Shown: positions 27,834 through 44,597 of the stretch, one piece after another
Numbering within the stretch: the stretch's first letter is position 1
How the letters are laid out: each line of letters begins with the position of its first letter
Assembly: GCF_006345805.1 (NCBI RefSeq)
Contig: NW_021825821.1
Coordinates: 1 to 64,000 of the forward strand
Direction: 5' to 3'
Source: Octopus sinensis
Lineage: Eukaryota
Length of the DNA stretch: 64,000 nucleotides
Program-made: the position numbers and the translations under genes
Notes under the pieces: model-generated
The model's database searches: none
The model's input: the letters and a program-made list of their open reading frames with translations, nothing else
Told to the model about the DNA's origin: nothing

Positions 27834-29739
27834 TCTTAATAATAAAATGGTATGGTGTGTGTGTGTCTGTCTGTCTGTCGTTCTGTCTGTCTGTCTGTGT
27901 GTGCACACCAACTTCAAATTGGCAATACGATGTCCTCGACTTACATGATGAGGTCCTTAAAACCTTCCCTCCAAAAAAAAATTAAAAAAAATTTTCTGCA
28001 TTTTCGTTAAAATGAACAACTACGATGTCCTCGACTTACATGATGAGGTCCTTAAAACCTTCCCCCTAAAAAAAAATTAAAAAAAATTTTTCTGCATTTT
28101 GGTCAAAATGAACAACTACGATGTCCTCGACTTACATGATGAGGTCCTTAAAACCTCCCCCCCAAAAAAAATTAAAAAAAAATTTTCTGCATTTTGGTTA
28201 AAATGAACAACTACGATGTCCTCGACTTACATGATGAGGTCCTTAAAACCTTCCCCCCAAAAAATTAAAAAAAAATTTTCAGCATTTTGGTTAAAATGAA
28301 CAACTACGATGTCCTCGACTTACATGATGAGGTCCTTAAAACCTTCTCCCCAAAAAAAATTAAAAAAAAATTTTCTGCATTTTGGTTAAAATGAACAACT
28401 ACGATGTCCTCGACTTACATGATGAGGTCCTTAAAACCTTCTCCCCAAAAAAAATTAAAAAAAAATTTTCTGCATTTTGGTTAAAATGAACAACTACGAT
28501 GTCCTCGACTTACATGATGAGGTCCTTAAAACCTTCCCGCCAAAAAATCAAAAAATTATTTTCTGCATTTGATTAAAATGAACAACGTTAATGTCCTCGA
28601 CATTCATGATGAGGTCCATTAAAACCTTCGAGGCAAAAATCTCACGTATTAAGAATATCCTTGATGAAAACGACAGCAAGAATATTAACAATGCCACTGC
28701 TGACTCTTAATTAGCTATTTTGGTTAAGTTTTTTTTTCGATAAAAAAATTAAAGCTATTATCATATTTGACTTTGAATAGAGTGTGCAATTAACAGATTT
28801 TGAAAAACCACTTTGATAGTTGAAACCACATTAGCACAATCATTAAGACAATTTACCACCAATTGACAGCGCAATCTGAAGAATTTGCGTAAAAATATTC
28901 ACTATTTAGTTAAGTTTTTCGTAAAGATAAAATTTATTTTCGGTATGTCTCTTTTCCTAAACTTTTTTATTATTCAAAAATAATTTTTTCAATAGATAAC
29001 CGAAGGAGGGAAGACGACCTTAAGAAAATAAGTTTTTCGTAAAGATAGAATTTATTTTCTGTATGCCTCTTTTTTCCTAATATTTTTTATTATTCAAAAA
29101 TAATTTTTTAAATAGATAACCGAAGGAAGAAAAACGAAGCTGAAGAAAAAACGGGCACCTTAAGGTAATTAATTAAATCTTTTTTGTGTGTCGCTTTTTT
29201 GGCTGCTGCTACTCTGCCTGCCCCATTTCCGCCAGTGGTTTTATTACGAAATCTTGCGCCACCTAAATTATGCAACGGAACGAGGTTAGTTATCAAAAAT
29301 TTAATGGCTAACGTAATAGAGGCGACGATATTAACAGGTAAGTATAGAGGTGAGGATGTATATATTCCACGAATTCCGATAATTTCTGATGAATTACCAT
29401 TTAGATTTAAAAGGCTGCAATTTCCTTTGAGGATGAGTTTTGCAATGACAATAAACAAGGCCCAGGGACAGTCATTAAAGGTAGTTGGGTTATTTTTAGA
29501 GAATGAGTGCTTTTCACATGGACAGCTGTATGTGGGATGCTCGAGGGTAGGCAGAAGAGAAAATTTATTCATATATGCCAAGGAAGGACGGACGACAAAC
29601 ATCGTTTATCAACAGGCGATAGAATAGGGTTACATTAAATCAGGTAGTTTTATACATCTACATAAACTTATAGTTGTTTGATGAAACAGGCCCTCCGCAG
29701 GAGCTAGGTCGCGGTGAGCGAAGCGAGCTGCCGAGCTAG
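27834..29739 (+). mobile_element. Non-autonomous Helitron
   Basis: 5' TC and 3' CTAG, inserted between A and T with no TSD (empty site GATTAA|TACATT at 32533/32534). PIF1 helicase C-terminus at 29184-29627 (LCNGTRL, FAMTINKAQGQS, FSHGQLYVGCSRV). GC-rich subterminal motif. Confidence 0.95.
27920..28625. repeat. ~95-bp minisatellite, about 8 units, inside the Helitron
   Basis: TACGATGTCCTCGACTTACATGATGAGGTCC recurs at 27926, 28021, 28117, 28212, 28305, 28400, 28495 and, degenerate, near 28587. Units differ mainly in homopolymer lengths. Confidence 0.97.
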
Positions 29740-30260
29740 TACATTATAATGCTAAAAAAAAGCAATTTGTCGATGCAATTGAATGGATGAGCTCATGTTT
29801 AAGAAATGCTTACAATACCGACAAAAAAACATGTTGCAGTTATCTTGGATAAGGCCCCCTGCCATTCTTGTATTGAAGAAATTTTATTAGAAAAGGAATT
29901 TAAAATTCATAAATTTTTAAGAATAGCTCCTTACAGTTCAATGGTTAATCCTATTAAACATATTTGGTCTGTAGTAAAAGCCGATATAAAAAACCTTGCT
30001 GAAAAAAGAGCAGATTTATTAAGTGATGAAGTTCGTGAAAATTTATCATTAAGAGAATATTCTCTTGAATTTTTAGAAAAATTTATTGAAAAAGGCAAAC
30101 TTTTAATCGTTCCTAATTTGTCTTGTGTTAATTGTTTGCCCATATACAAGGAAAAGTACCGGCGGCATTAGCTTTAAAAAACATGCAATTTTAATGATTT
30201 TTTTAAAGTTTTAAAAATTTACTAACTTTTTTTCCATTTAGTTTGAAACTATTATAATAT

Positions 30261-30862
30261 GTCGCGAGCGCAGCGAGCGACCGAGCGCAGCGAGCGACCA
30301 CTCAATTTCTAGATCCGATCAATCAAAAAATCTATAAATTGACAAATACCCAGGCTTGTATTTGGGATTAAATATATTCGATAACAAAAATTAAAATCGA
30401 TGCCAAAGCAGAATGAGCTTTAAAACCGATTCATAAATAAAAATAATATTTTAAAATTTATAATTGATATTTTAGAATAATGAGAAAAAATCTAAATGCT
30501 TCATAATTTATAAAATGTCAAACAAACGAATCTTCTGAAGGAGCAAGCTGTCTGCACAGTTCATTTTTGATTAGAAGACCTAATTTTAGAGATTAAAACG
30601 AAAAAATAGCAATGAGATCTGTCAAATTATTACCCCCTCACAACCTAAACCAATTAGCGTTCAGTATTCATTGATTTTACTTTTTCTATTAAGGTCTACT
30701 TATAAATTATTTTATGGGATTCAATGGAAAACTTAAGTTATTTCAATTTTAATTTTAAATCATGTTAAAATTTTAAATAATTTAATAAATATATTTGTTG
30801 ATGATAGGCTTGTTAGGTGTCAAAGTCGCGTCTAGCGCTCGGTCGCGCGCTGCGCTCGCGAC
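30261..30862. mobile_element. MITE with GC-rich TIRs, superfamily unassigned
   Basis: TIR GTCGCGAGCGCAGCG(A/C)GCGACCGAGCGC. Flanked by ATAATAT direct repeats (30254-30260 and 30863-30869). Empty site ATAATGT in copy B2 near 33049. Confidence 0.88.
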
Positions 30863-30931
30863 ATAATATATCATAAAAAATAGTATAGTTCTTTAACGGT
30901 TAGACACCAGGTCTCCGCGTTCGACAGAGGA

Positions 30932-32430
30932 TTGAGCAAGCTGAAAAATGGCAGAGCTTCGGGACCAGACAACGTGACTGCAGAGTATTAAATACGCGCC
31001 GGACAGAGTGGTTGAGTTGATCTGACAGTCCTGAACAGGACGTTCAAATGTCACAGCCCATTTGATGCGGGGAATGCCACTTTAATCCCATCCAGAACCT
31101 GGAAAGGAGAAAGGAAATCTAAACAGCCTACGCCCGGTTACGCTAATGAATACGCTAAGGAAAATACTTTTCCTTGTTGTGCTGGATCGTATTTCAGGAC
31201 CTGTAAATAAGTTCCTAAACCCGAGTCAAAGTGGATTCAGACCTGGAAGGTCGACAGCAGACGTAGTATGGAGCCACAGATGGCTGTGTGCAATGTGCCA
31301 GAAACACAAAGAAGAAATCTCAATCCTTGGAATTGATCTATCCCGTGCTTTCGATACAATCAACCGCAAAAAGCTGATGCATGTATTGGAAGGCATCCTA
31401 GATGGGGATGCATTACGTATGATCAGATTCTTACTCGCCAACACATCGCTATCCGTGCGTGTGGGAAACTATACCTCGATGAAGTTTAAAACCGACACTG
31501 GCGTACCTCAGGGCGACTCGTTATCTCCGGTTCTATTCATAATCTACCTGGAGGCAGCCCTAAGACCTCTTCGGAGAAACAAATGCTTTACCAACGTGAT
31601 GGAAGTAATTTACGCCGACGATATTAATTTCGTCTCCCGAGATCAGGACTCACTGGAAAACTTATTAAAAGTGATCCCTCATTCGTTGAAGGACTGGTCC
31701 CTTGTAATAAACCCGGACAAAACGGAAAGAACTACCATATCCCGCCTGGGGACGAGAAACGAGGAGAAGTGGAGAACATGCAAGAAAGTTGGATCTCTCC
31801 TTGGGGACTCGGAAAACGTTATTCGAAGGAAAGTGCTGGCTGTTGCATCCTTCAAAAAAATGTGGACGATCTGGATGAGGCGCAGGTACATAGGAACCCG
31901 CCTTCGAATTCGGCTGTACAACTCCTTTGTCGAACCAATCTTGCTTTACAACGCGGGGACCTGGGGCCTAACCGCTAAAGAACTGGAGCAGCTCAACTCT
32001 TTCCACAGAAAACAACTACGACTACTCCTGGGAATTCACTGGCCAAAAAAGATGACCAATAACAATGAACTCTACAGAATCACCCATACATCCGAGATTG
32101 CAAAGAAAGTGATGTTCACGAAGTGGATGCTCTTTGGACATGTGGAGCTCTTGACGCCGGTCCAATCAGAACATGGAATCCTACTTCTGCTCATTATAAA
32201 ACGGCATATAGGGGCCGACAAAGAACAACATTACCGACTACGCTCGACCATGATCTCACGTCGATTGGAAGGAAACTGAAATCGGCCGATGATCTAAACG
32301 AACTGAGATACCTCGCACGTAACAGGGGAGCGTGGATACGACTAACAGAGCGTATCCTGAGTCGGATGGCAAAAGTGGAATCTTAATTAACTTTTTGATT
32401 TCGCGAGATTGCTTTAATAATAATAATAAT
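30932..32430 (+). mobile_element. RTE-like LINE copy B2 (5'-truncated, frameshifted)
   Basis: Near-identical to B1 without its insertions; ORF 31146-32279; (TAA)n tail. Confidence 0.92.
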
Positions 32431-32965
32431 ATCATGGGTTGGATAATACCCTCTCGAAGGTGCACCGTTGCTGCGAAAGGTTCAAAAGGTGCTAATATTC
32501 ACATGATTGAGTGTATTGGTTCGGGTAGATTAATACATTATAATGCTAAAAGAAAAGCAATTTGTCGATGCAATTGAATGGATGAGCTCATGTTTAAGAA
32601 ATGCTTACAATACCGACAAAAAAACATGTTGCAGTTATCTTGGATAAGGCCCCCTGCCATTCTTGTATTGAAGAAATTTTATTAGAAAAGGAATTTAAAA
32701 TTCATAAATTTTAAGAATAGCTCCTTACAGTTCAATGGTTAATCCTATTAAACATATTTGGTCTGTAGTAAAAGCCGATATAAAAAACCTTGCTGAAAAA
32801 AGAGCAGATTTATTAAGTGATGAAGTTCGTGAAAATTTATCATTAAGAGAATATTCTCTTGAATTTTTAGAAAAATTTATTGAAAAAGGCAAAATTTTAA
32901 TCGTTCCTAATTTGTCTTGTGTTAATTGTTTGCCCATATACAAGGAAAAGTACCGGCGGCATTAG
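32431..32965 (+). mobile_element. IS630-Tc1 remnant copy B2 (no Helitron)
   Basis: Near-identical to 27728-27833 joined to 29740-30171. Confidence 0.85.
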
Positions 32966-33429
32966 CTTTAAAAAACATGCAATTTTAATGATTTTTTTAA
33001 AGTTTTAAAAATTTACTAACTTTTTTTTCCATTTAGTTTGAAACTATTATAATGTATCATAAAAAATAGTATAGTTCTTTAACGGTTAGACACCAGGTCT
33101 CCGCGTTCGACAGAGGAGTTGTACAATCAAATTCGAAGACGGGTTCCTAATTCACTTACGTCTCATTCAGATTGTCCACATTTTTTATTTTACAAATAAA
33201 ATGCAATAATTAATTGTTAAAATCAATGAAAAGACGTTGAAGCTCATCTAAGTCGACCCCTTCAATCAAATTAGGAATCCCCAGTTTACGTGTTAAAAGC
33301 TTTTTATTCTTTTCGACCAAACTTGCGATTTCATCAGTTTCACCAACCATAAAAAAATCAAGACTTGCAACCACAATAAGAAAATTCAAATAATGATAAA
33401 AAGTCGATTGAAAAAAGTAATAAATTATA

Positions 33430-37086
<3,657 letters not shown>

Positions 37087-37361
37087 TATAATCCAACAGA
37101 GTAACTCTACAAAATTGTAAATTTTACAATTTTCAATAACATTTTTAATTAGAAAAATATTCAAAAATAATAAATTAATACAATCCTATTTTTATACTAA
37201 ATTTTTTTCTACTTTCTTATTTTAGGTCATGTTTAGTGCTGTCAATCAAAAGAAATTTAAGTATTTAGAAATGTTGCAATTAATAATAAAGATGATTTTA
37301 CAAATTAAAAAATGATTTTTTTGATATTCAATAATATTTCCAAGACACTAACAGTTGCTTT

Positions 37362-38125
37362 ATGATTGAAAACGAATTTGACGATTTTATAAGCAAAGTG
37401 GACAATATTTGTATATAAATAATCCATAAATTAGCCAAATTAATAAAAGAAATGAACTCGTCTGATCAGGAAATTCAAAATAAGGCTCTAAAGGCAGCGG
37501 ACGACTATTGCTGCACAAACAGTAGACTAAATTAAAATATCATCTTGTTAGAACCCAACGGAGTCGACAAAACAATTTTTAATACAAAAGAAGTAACAAA
37601 AAATTCGGAATTTGGTAAAATTAAAAAATTTTATTAAACAAAGACACGTTCAAGTCACTAATTGAACAAGACGCAAAACAAAGAAGCCTGGATCGTCAAA
37701 AGAGATACGAAGAAGCAAATCAACTCAAAGAAAAAGGCACTGAACACTATAAAAACCAAAAATATGATTTATCGTGCGAATATTTTACAAAAGTTGCGCT
37801 TTTGGTTGATTGAGAACAGGCAATTGCCAAGGCAAAGGATTATTCCCAAGTGTATGGACTGCGTGCACAAGTCTACCTGATACTTAAACAATATAAAAAT
37901 GCTTTAAAAGACTGTGAAACATGCTTTCAAGTTTTGCGAAATTACTCACCATAGTTAGAAGACTGGAATAAAAAAGTATGCGTTAGAAAGCTGAAATGTC
38001 TGCTGGCTCTACGGGAAAACGAAGAAGCTGCTGAATTTTTGCATATCTGCGTGAACAAATATCCCGATTATAAGGAAATTTTTAATCTTAAATACGACCA
38101 ATTTCGGAACACTCTTAACAAATAA
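37362..38125 (+). CDS. TTC12: TTC12-like TPR protein, short form (copy 2)
   Basis: Same sequence as 4307-5070. Confidence 0.8.
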
Positions 38126-38256
38126 TTTAAAATTTTCTCTTAATTAATAAAATTAAAAATGATATAAGTTTAAAATAATAGCAATAATATAAATGTTTAA
38201 AATATTTGGACATAACGTGGCAGCTATATTGTCTTTAGTGCAGTTTACAATAACAA

Positions 38257-40447
38257 ATGCAAACTACAATATTCAAAGAACTAACTTATTACAATTTATC
38301 TACAGTAAAAGCACTCCCTGATGTACTTTGAATATAATAATAATCACAGTGGCTCCCCGACAGGCAACGAAGGAGGCTGAACAGAGACAACGCAGGTTTT
38401 GAAAATAATATTAACGTAAAGACATTCGAGAACGGATACAACTCGTGCAAGATCTGAATATGCCTTCAACTTGCCACAACCTGGTGATTACCCCCGACAA
38501 TTCATATTTGTGGGCCACTGGTTTGTTCTGCTATAATATTCCAGGCAGTTATAAACCTGTGGTTAAGTGTTTCGACCTGAAAGGAATGGTTCTTAAATTT
38601 GAGCGTGGAGTCGACCACGTAGTCAAACGTGTGTGCTCCCTTTCAGACGACTACTCAAAAGTGCTCATTATTTTACGCATTTCAGCCTGCCTTTTTGATG
38701 GCTGATCGTTTTGTTGAATTCCACAACAGCAATGGTCTTCACTATCGGCTGAGGACTCCACGGCAAGGATATGACCTGTCTTTTTATCAGCGGGGAGGAG
38801 AACTGTACATACCCTCGGGGTCTCCTCAAATTTATCGTGTCAATCTCCATCTGGGAAGATTTATGACACCGCTGGAGACTTCTGCTCGGTATTTAAATTT
38901 TTATTAAAATAGTTATGTTAATTGTTCTGACATATCTCCCCACCACAATCTTCTACTTTGTGCCACTGTGGATGGATTCGTGGAAGCATGCGATCCCAGA
39001 AGTGCCAAATTCGTAAGCAGACTAAACATCAAGGAGGGACTGTCTCTAACAACAGTAAAATGGCTCGACGAACTACATTTTGGCGTCGGAACTTCTTCTG
39101 GCCTTGTACAGATTAGATTTGATGTACTTTAGGTTTATCTGTATGACGTAAGGTCGAGTGTGCCCGTCCAAGTGAAGGACCACCATTATGGGCATTCCAT
39201 AGTCAGTATGTCGTACCATTCTCAACAACGACTTGTTTTCTCTATGGATTCCAAATCTTTGAGAGTTTGGAACGAAATTGGAGTATGTGATTTTTTTAAA
39301 CTGTGTAGGGGGATACTGTCTGTAATATCGAGGGGGATGTTCCTTACAATTGTTTTTGTCGGTATCCAGACTCCGGACTTGTTTTGATTGGGTCAGACCA
39401 ACCTGATATAGAGACGATATTCGTTCCTGTTTTTTGTTTCTCATTTAATTCTGAATTAGTCATTCGGGACAGCTCCAAAGTGGTGTTCTTATCTCGACCA
39501 AGTCGTAGACACCATTGAAGCTTCCAACAAGGAAAATTCGAGTAATTCTTTATTATTAATGGCTAGTCTACGACGACTATAAATTCATGACGAGGAACGA
39601 TCTCGATTCTGCTGGACTCGGTCATCTCATCGGGACTCGGTATTTGCGGGCGTACATGCATGGGTTCTTCATCACGACCAAGCTATACGAGAAGGTAGTC
39701 TATTCGCGATATTAAAGTTGTCCAAAATTTCCGATGTTGAACCAGACTCTTCTCCTTCAGAAGAAATCGTTGAACCAGTCCCACAGAAGCCCCTTTCAAA
39801 GGAATCATTTGTCCTCGTGAACAGTCACATTGCAGAGAGAATTGAGAATGTTGACATTGACGAGTCTAATCGCGTTTGTTCTCAGTATTTGACTAATTTA
39901 GTTATTACGTGTATATAAAGACGAACGTTTCTCTTCTCTGTTCACCGACCCAGATATGAAAATCGAAAGAGAAAACCCCGATTACGTCATGCATGAAAAG
40001 TTGTACTCTAAAGTGTTCAAAATTTCTCAAGTTTTATTTTTTATAACCTTAGGATGACCCTGGTGACCGTTTAATGGAGAAGGACGACAGGAATCAACGG
40101 TATCATGAGACTTTGAACAGGATGAAGTCAGGAGTTGTTGACCACGTCGAGTCACAGTCAAAGTCGTTGATTGTCTGCACTTCTGCACATCTTGATGACG
40201 TCTCAGCTGAGAATGCACTAACCTCAAAAGAGTGTGGATATTTTTTAATGTTTGTAGGCAAGCTATATCCAAGAGGCTCGCAATTTCAAAGCCTGGTGTT
40301 TCCCGTGTCAATGGAGGCTTAGCTAAAACATTCAGACCACTTAAAAGACATGAGTCACGAGTAGAGAAGCGTGACAAATATCACAGACAAGAACGGAAGA
40401 ATATACGTCGATCTGCCTCTACGCTTTTTACTAAGAAACGTAAATAA
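38257..40447 (+). CDS. NOL10: Nucleolar protein 10 (copy 2, native C-terminus)
   Basis: As copy 1, but ends HESRVEKRDKYHRQERKNIRRSASTLFTKKRK*, matching the conserved basic NOL10 tail (HRQERKxxRRSA). Confidence 0.92.
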
Positions 40448-40779
40448 TATGACATTTTTATAATATTTTATTTTTCAAGTTCCTCCAATTTCCAAGGGAT
40501 AAACCTCTTTTTGTCAAATTTGTTTATTCCAATAAAATACTCTTTATTCTCATGTTTAAATCGACGGTATAGTTTTAATTACATTTTAATAAAGATTAAA
40601 ATTTAAAAACTTGTCATTTAGTAATCATTAAAGAGGGGAAAATTCTTTTTAAACATTTCCGCAAAAATAATATAAAAAATTGAGGACATATAAGTCTTCT
40701 CCTTGAAAAAAATTATGTATTTGATATTGGCAGAGATGGCTAATGGCACTTCTAAACTTTCAAAACCGGAAAATTACAT

Positions 40780-42330
40780 TGTTATGACGATGCTGATTTT
40801 ATCGTTGTTGACAATGATTTCTTTCTTGAATATATTGTATAAAAAACGATAGAATCAAACTCGAATTCAGTAATTCTCCTTCTCTTCAAGTCTGAGGTCA
40901 TATCTTCAACGGACACAGTTATCCATTTTACAAGGCAGGCCACTTTTGTGGTTGTTCTCGAGTCCGATTCTATGGCCTCACTCCAAGAAGCTTCCTCAGC
41001 CGTTGCCTTTGTAAATCGGATCATTTGACGATCTTCGGGTGGATACATCCAAAACTTATATTCTGTACGCATGCTCTCCAATGTTTTCCGGATGATCACA
41101 GTTTTCGTTGTGGATTACTCCCAGTTCACTGGCAAGAAAATCGTACTTATGAAGCTTTTCCACCTCAACTTACTTTAGGTTTTTTGAGAGGTGATCCCAA
41201 TCTCAATAAGAGCGATTGTGTTCCTCATTTAGTCAAGTACAAAGATGTCCGGCCTGTTATTTTCGACCCTCAGATCCGCACTTATTGTCGTGTCAAAACG
41301 AATCTTCAAAGAGTTATTCCCAACCACCGATTGAAGAGAATGAGTTTTCAACCTCCTGGATTTCTTAATCCCATACTTCGTGCATAAATGCAGATGTATA
41401 CATTTCACTATTTCATTTTGTCTTCTTAAATAGTCACTATTTAGCATTCAACACACTTCATTGCTAAGTGATTGTGGCTGAGTTACGGTGACTGCACAAT
41501 GCTTCAACATTGTCAAAAAATAGGTTACAGTCCTGTATTAGACACACAAGCCTCTCGGTTCTTGAGGAGTTATTTCCATGAGATAACCAATGAGAGAATT
41601 CACCAATATCGACGCTGAGATCATTTAAACCCCTTGAAAAAAATGGTTTTTTCCTTATTTTCTTAATCAAGCGGTTCCTCTGCACTTCACTTACCATGTT
41701 CAAATCAAGGTCCCCAGTTTCTTGGATGCTGTATTTGCGCTCGAAGTATTCCGCGATTGTGGCCAAATGTGTTTTCTTTGGACGAGTGACCCTGAGAATC
41801 CCATCTTTTCTTAGGCAGTAACGAGACTTTTTCTCAAGATCACAGAGGAATTGGAAAAGTATTTGTTCACTTTCGTGGACAGTGGATATGATTCCTCTAC
41901 CAAGTTGGCCTTTTGGAAGGTAAAGCCTTCTTTGTTATCAGGTTTCAAGTGAATTCAGTGTTCTACAAAGATATTGCACACATTTTTGTCAATCTGTTCA
42001 AATTCAGTTGGCTCAATATTTACGACCCCAATGTAGTAGTTGTAGAAGAATAATGAGTGCTCATTAATGGCTTCAAATAAGTTACAAGAGTTAAATTTTG
42101 TCTTTGATAGATTGTCCATCCTCTTTGTTAATTCACTAAAATGTGTGTTCAGTACTTCGTTTTTTAATACTGCACTTCTTATATTTTCTAGGACTCCAAG
42201 GTATCGGTAACCATCCATCCAATCAAGCATTTTTGTAAATCTGTTTAAATTCAGTTGGCTCAATATTGACGAGCCCAATGTAGTAGTTGTAGAGTGATAA
42301 TGCGTGCTCATTTATGGCTTTAAATAAGTT
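40780..42330 (-). mobile_element. Degenerate RLE-type LINE of the same family as 21430-22560
   Basis: GYRYLGVLE, SHWLSHGN, YLRRQNEIVKCIHLHLC and NRPDIFVLD. Confidence 0.85.
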
Positions 42331-42609
42331 GCAAGAGTTTAGCAAAAAGAGGGGTATTTCCGAGGAATCAACAGTGATACGCGTGAATCCTAACAATAAT
42401 TAGGATGGACAATATTTTCTTGTTTTTGGAGTCTTATTGATTATATTCCAATTATTTTGACTATTTGAACCGTTGTTAAAATCTTTAATATTCGTGAATT
42501 TTCTTTTGCTACCACTCAAGAATTTATCAATGTTCTTGAACTTATTTAAATTTTGTTTATTAATTTTATTTTATCGATCAAAAGTGTTAAATAGTTAGAA
42601 AAAAAACAA

Positions 42610-42820
42610 AGGCTAGTTGAGAAAGCCTGCTGCCTAAATCGAAATCGAGTTCCCTCTTAGTATGGCTATGTCGATCCTTTGTCTAAGACATAATCCTTCT
42701 CGTTGATCCCTCTTCTTTACAGCAAGCATTCCTCCGAGTTCGTGCAAGAACTTGGTAATCTTTGGGCCAATGACTCATGATGACTCAACCGCCACGTGGT
42801 TAACGAAATTAGGGTATTAA
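42610..42820 (-). mobile_element. CRE-like RLE C-terminal remnant
   Basis: HVAVESS...IGPKITKFLHELG and LRQRIDIAILRGNS across a frameshift. Confidence 0.6.
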
Positions 42821-43427
42821 ATTGATTTTTGTAAAAATAGAATTTGTAAATTAATAACTATTATTAAGATTATTATATAAATATAATTTTTTTAATATTT
42901 CTTACAACCTTTTCGCGCCACTTTTGACACGAGTCAGCGCCTCCCTAGAGAAACGCGTCTCAACATTTGGAAAATTCTACCCTTTAAACTAATCAACATT
43001 TTTGAGACGAATAAACTGGCAAAGAATTGTACTCAATAACCATTATAATGTTCGTGCACCTAAATAATGCTTTCGCTTGACCGACTATTTCTTATATGCT
43101 TTTAAGCAATGGACTATACATAATTAACATTTTCAATGCGTCTAAATTTTGATCATTTGAATAACAATATGACTGTTTTTTTCTTTGATTTCATCGAATT
43201 AAAGAACCGATTTCCTATCAATTTTTCATAAATTCACACAAATTTCATTTTTTCTCCCAAAGTGTTTCATGGTTTTCGATTTGTGGTCTATGTTTTCTAA
43301 AAATTTATTTTTTATAAATCTAAGAAAAATTTATTTAGTGTTATTTAAAAATATAAAAATAATTTTATTCGACCCATTTATCTGCAGAACGTACATTGCA
43401 TAAATATTAGATCAAAAAATAGATTAA

Positions 43428-44597
43428 ATGACGCTATATTCGGATAAGGTTTTGTCGATAAGCAGTCACGTTGTTTCCGGTATTGTGGGGAACAGAGCTA
43501 TCTCATTTCCAATTCGAGTAATCATTTAGTTTTTCAATTTCAAAAATAGTTGATGGGGATATTAGTGGACGAAATTAATACAGTCCAGTTCAGCAACCCA
43601 ACAAGTGTCATAAATGATAATCTAACGATTCTAGATTACACAAAATACGTTGGCTCAGAACTAGGGGAGAATATGTTAGAAGAAATTTACGAAACACTGA
43701 AATTTAATGATTTGAATAACTACACAAATCTTTTGACAGGTAGAGAACTAAAAAAATGTAGGCTACGCTCGAAATAATAAAATTTTAATGGAAATTAAGC
43801 AAGTAGCCAAAGATTTACGAAATCAGTCAAATTTTAGAACATTCTGTATTGATTGTGCCATAAATCCACATAGATTGCGATCCTATACTTGGAGATAATG
43901 GGAAATTCGTTTGTCATTACAATTTAATTCTTAGTATCTTCCTGAAGAATTAGTGACAACATATAAAAACCACATTTTCCCATTGGCTGACGTTATTTTT
44001 CCCAATGATTTTGAAGCAGAGTATATAAAGGAATGGTTAAAATCAAATAGAAAATTATCTGGGGTAAAAATAACCAACGACCCAAGCTCAATTAGAACAG
44101 TTGTGGCCAAGTTGCACGAACTGGGCCCTTCCGTAGTTATTATAAGCAGTGTCCCCTGCGATTCTGGTTTAATGACTGTGGCTTCTGAAAGAAAATCTGG
44201 TAAGCTTTAATGATTTTATTTATTCGGAAATTTTTTGATTATTTATAAAATTAAAATTAGATGGAACATTTAATTTATTCAAAATATGCTACCAAAAATC
44301 AGAAATACGATTAATCGGGACTGGGGATTTATTTTCGTCCCTTTTTGCGTCTTATCACATTAAGAATAATGGAAATTTAGAGGTAACCAACCTAATGGTC
44401 GATTTTATAGAAAACACTTTTGCTCACAATTTCAGTCATTCAGGATATTATCATTGGCTCCAAACAACAACAAAATAGTTCTCCATTGGTTGGCTGTTAT
44501 TTTAGAGGAGAGTAAACAGTGCTGGATAAAAATAGAATATTTTGTATCTAATATTCTAAATCCGGACATTCGCTTTAAAACAGAGCCCTTTGACTAA
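43428..44597 (+). CDS. PDXK: Pyridoxal kinase paralog A (more canonical)
   Basis: KVLSISSHVVSGIVGNRAISFP; INTVQFSN; LLTG|YAR; CDPILGDNG; FPNDFEAE; IGTGDLF; stop TAA at 44595-44597. Confidence 0.9.

Larger units (their letters stand above)
27730..30180 (+). mobile_element. IS630-Tc1-mariner transposase remnant (copy B1), split by the Helitron
   Basis: SKGANIHMIECIG...LIHY, VILDKAPCH and LRIAPYSSMVNPIKHIWSVVK. Uninterrupted copy at ~32431-32965. Confidence 0.82.

Noticed and set aside
27920-28625. Regularly spaced conserved ~31-bp core resembling a CRISPR array
   Set aside because: The intervening sequences are copies of each other rather than unique spacers, no cas genes are present, the context is eukaryotic, and the array lies inside a Helitron.
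30932-32430. RTE copy B2 as an independent insertion with a ~690-bp TSD
   Set aside because: The RTE-tail/Tc1 junction is present in both copies, which indicates tandem duplication of the whole unit.
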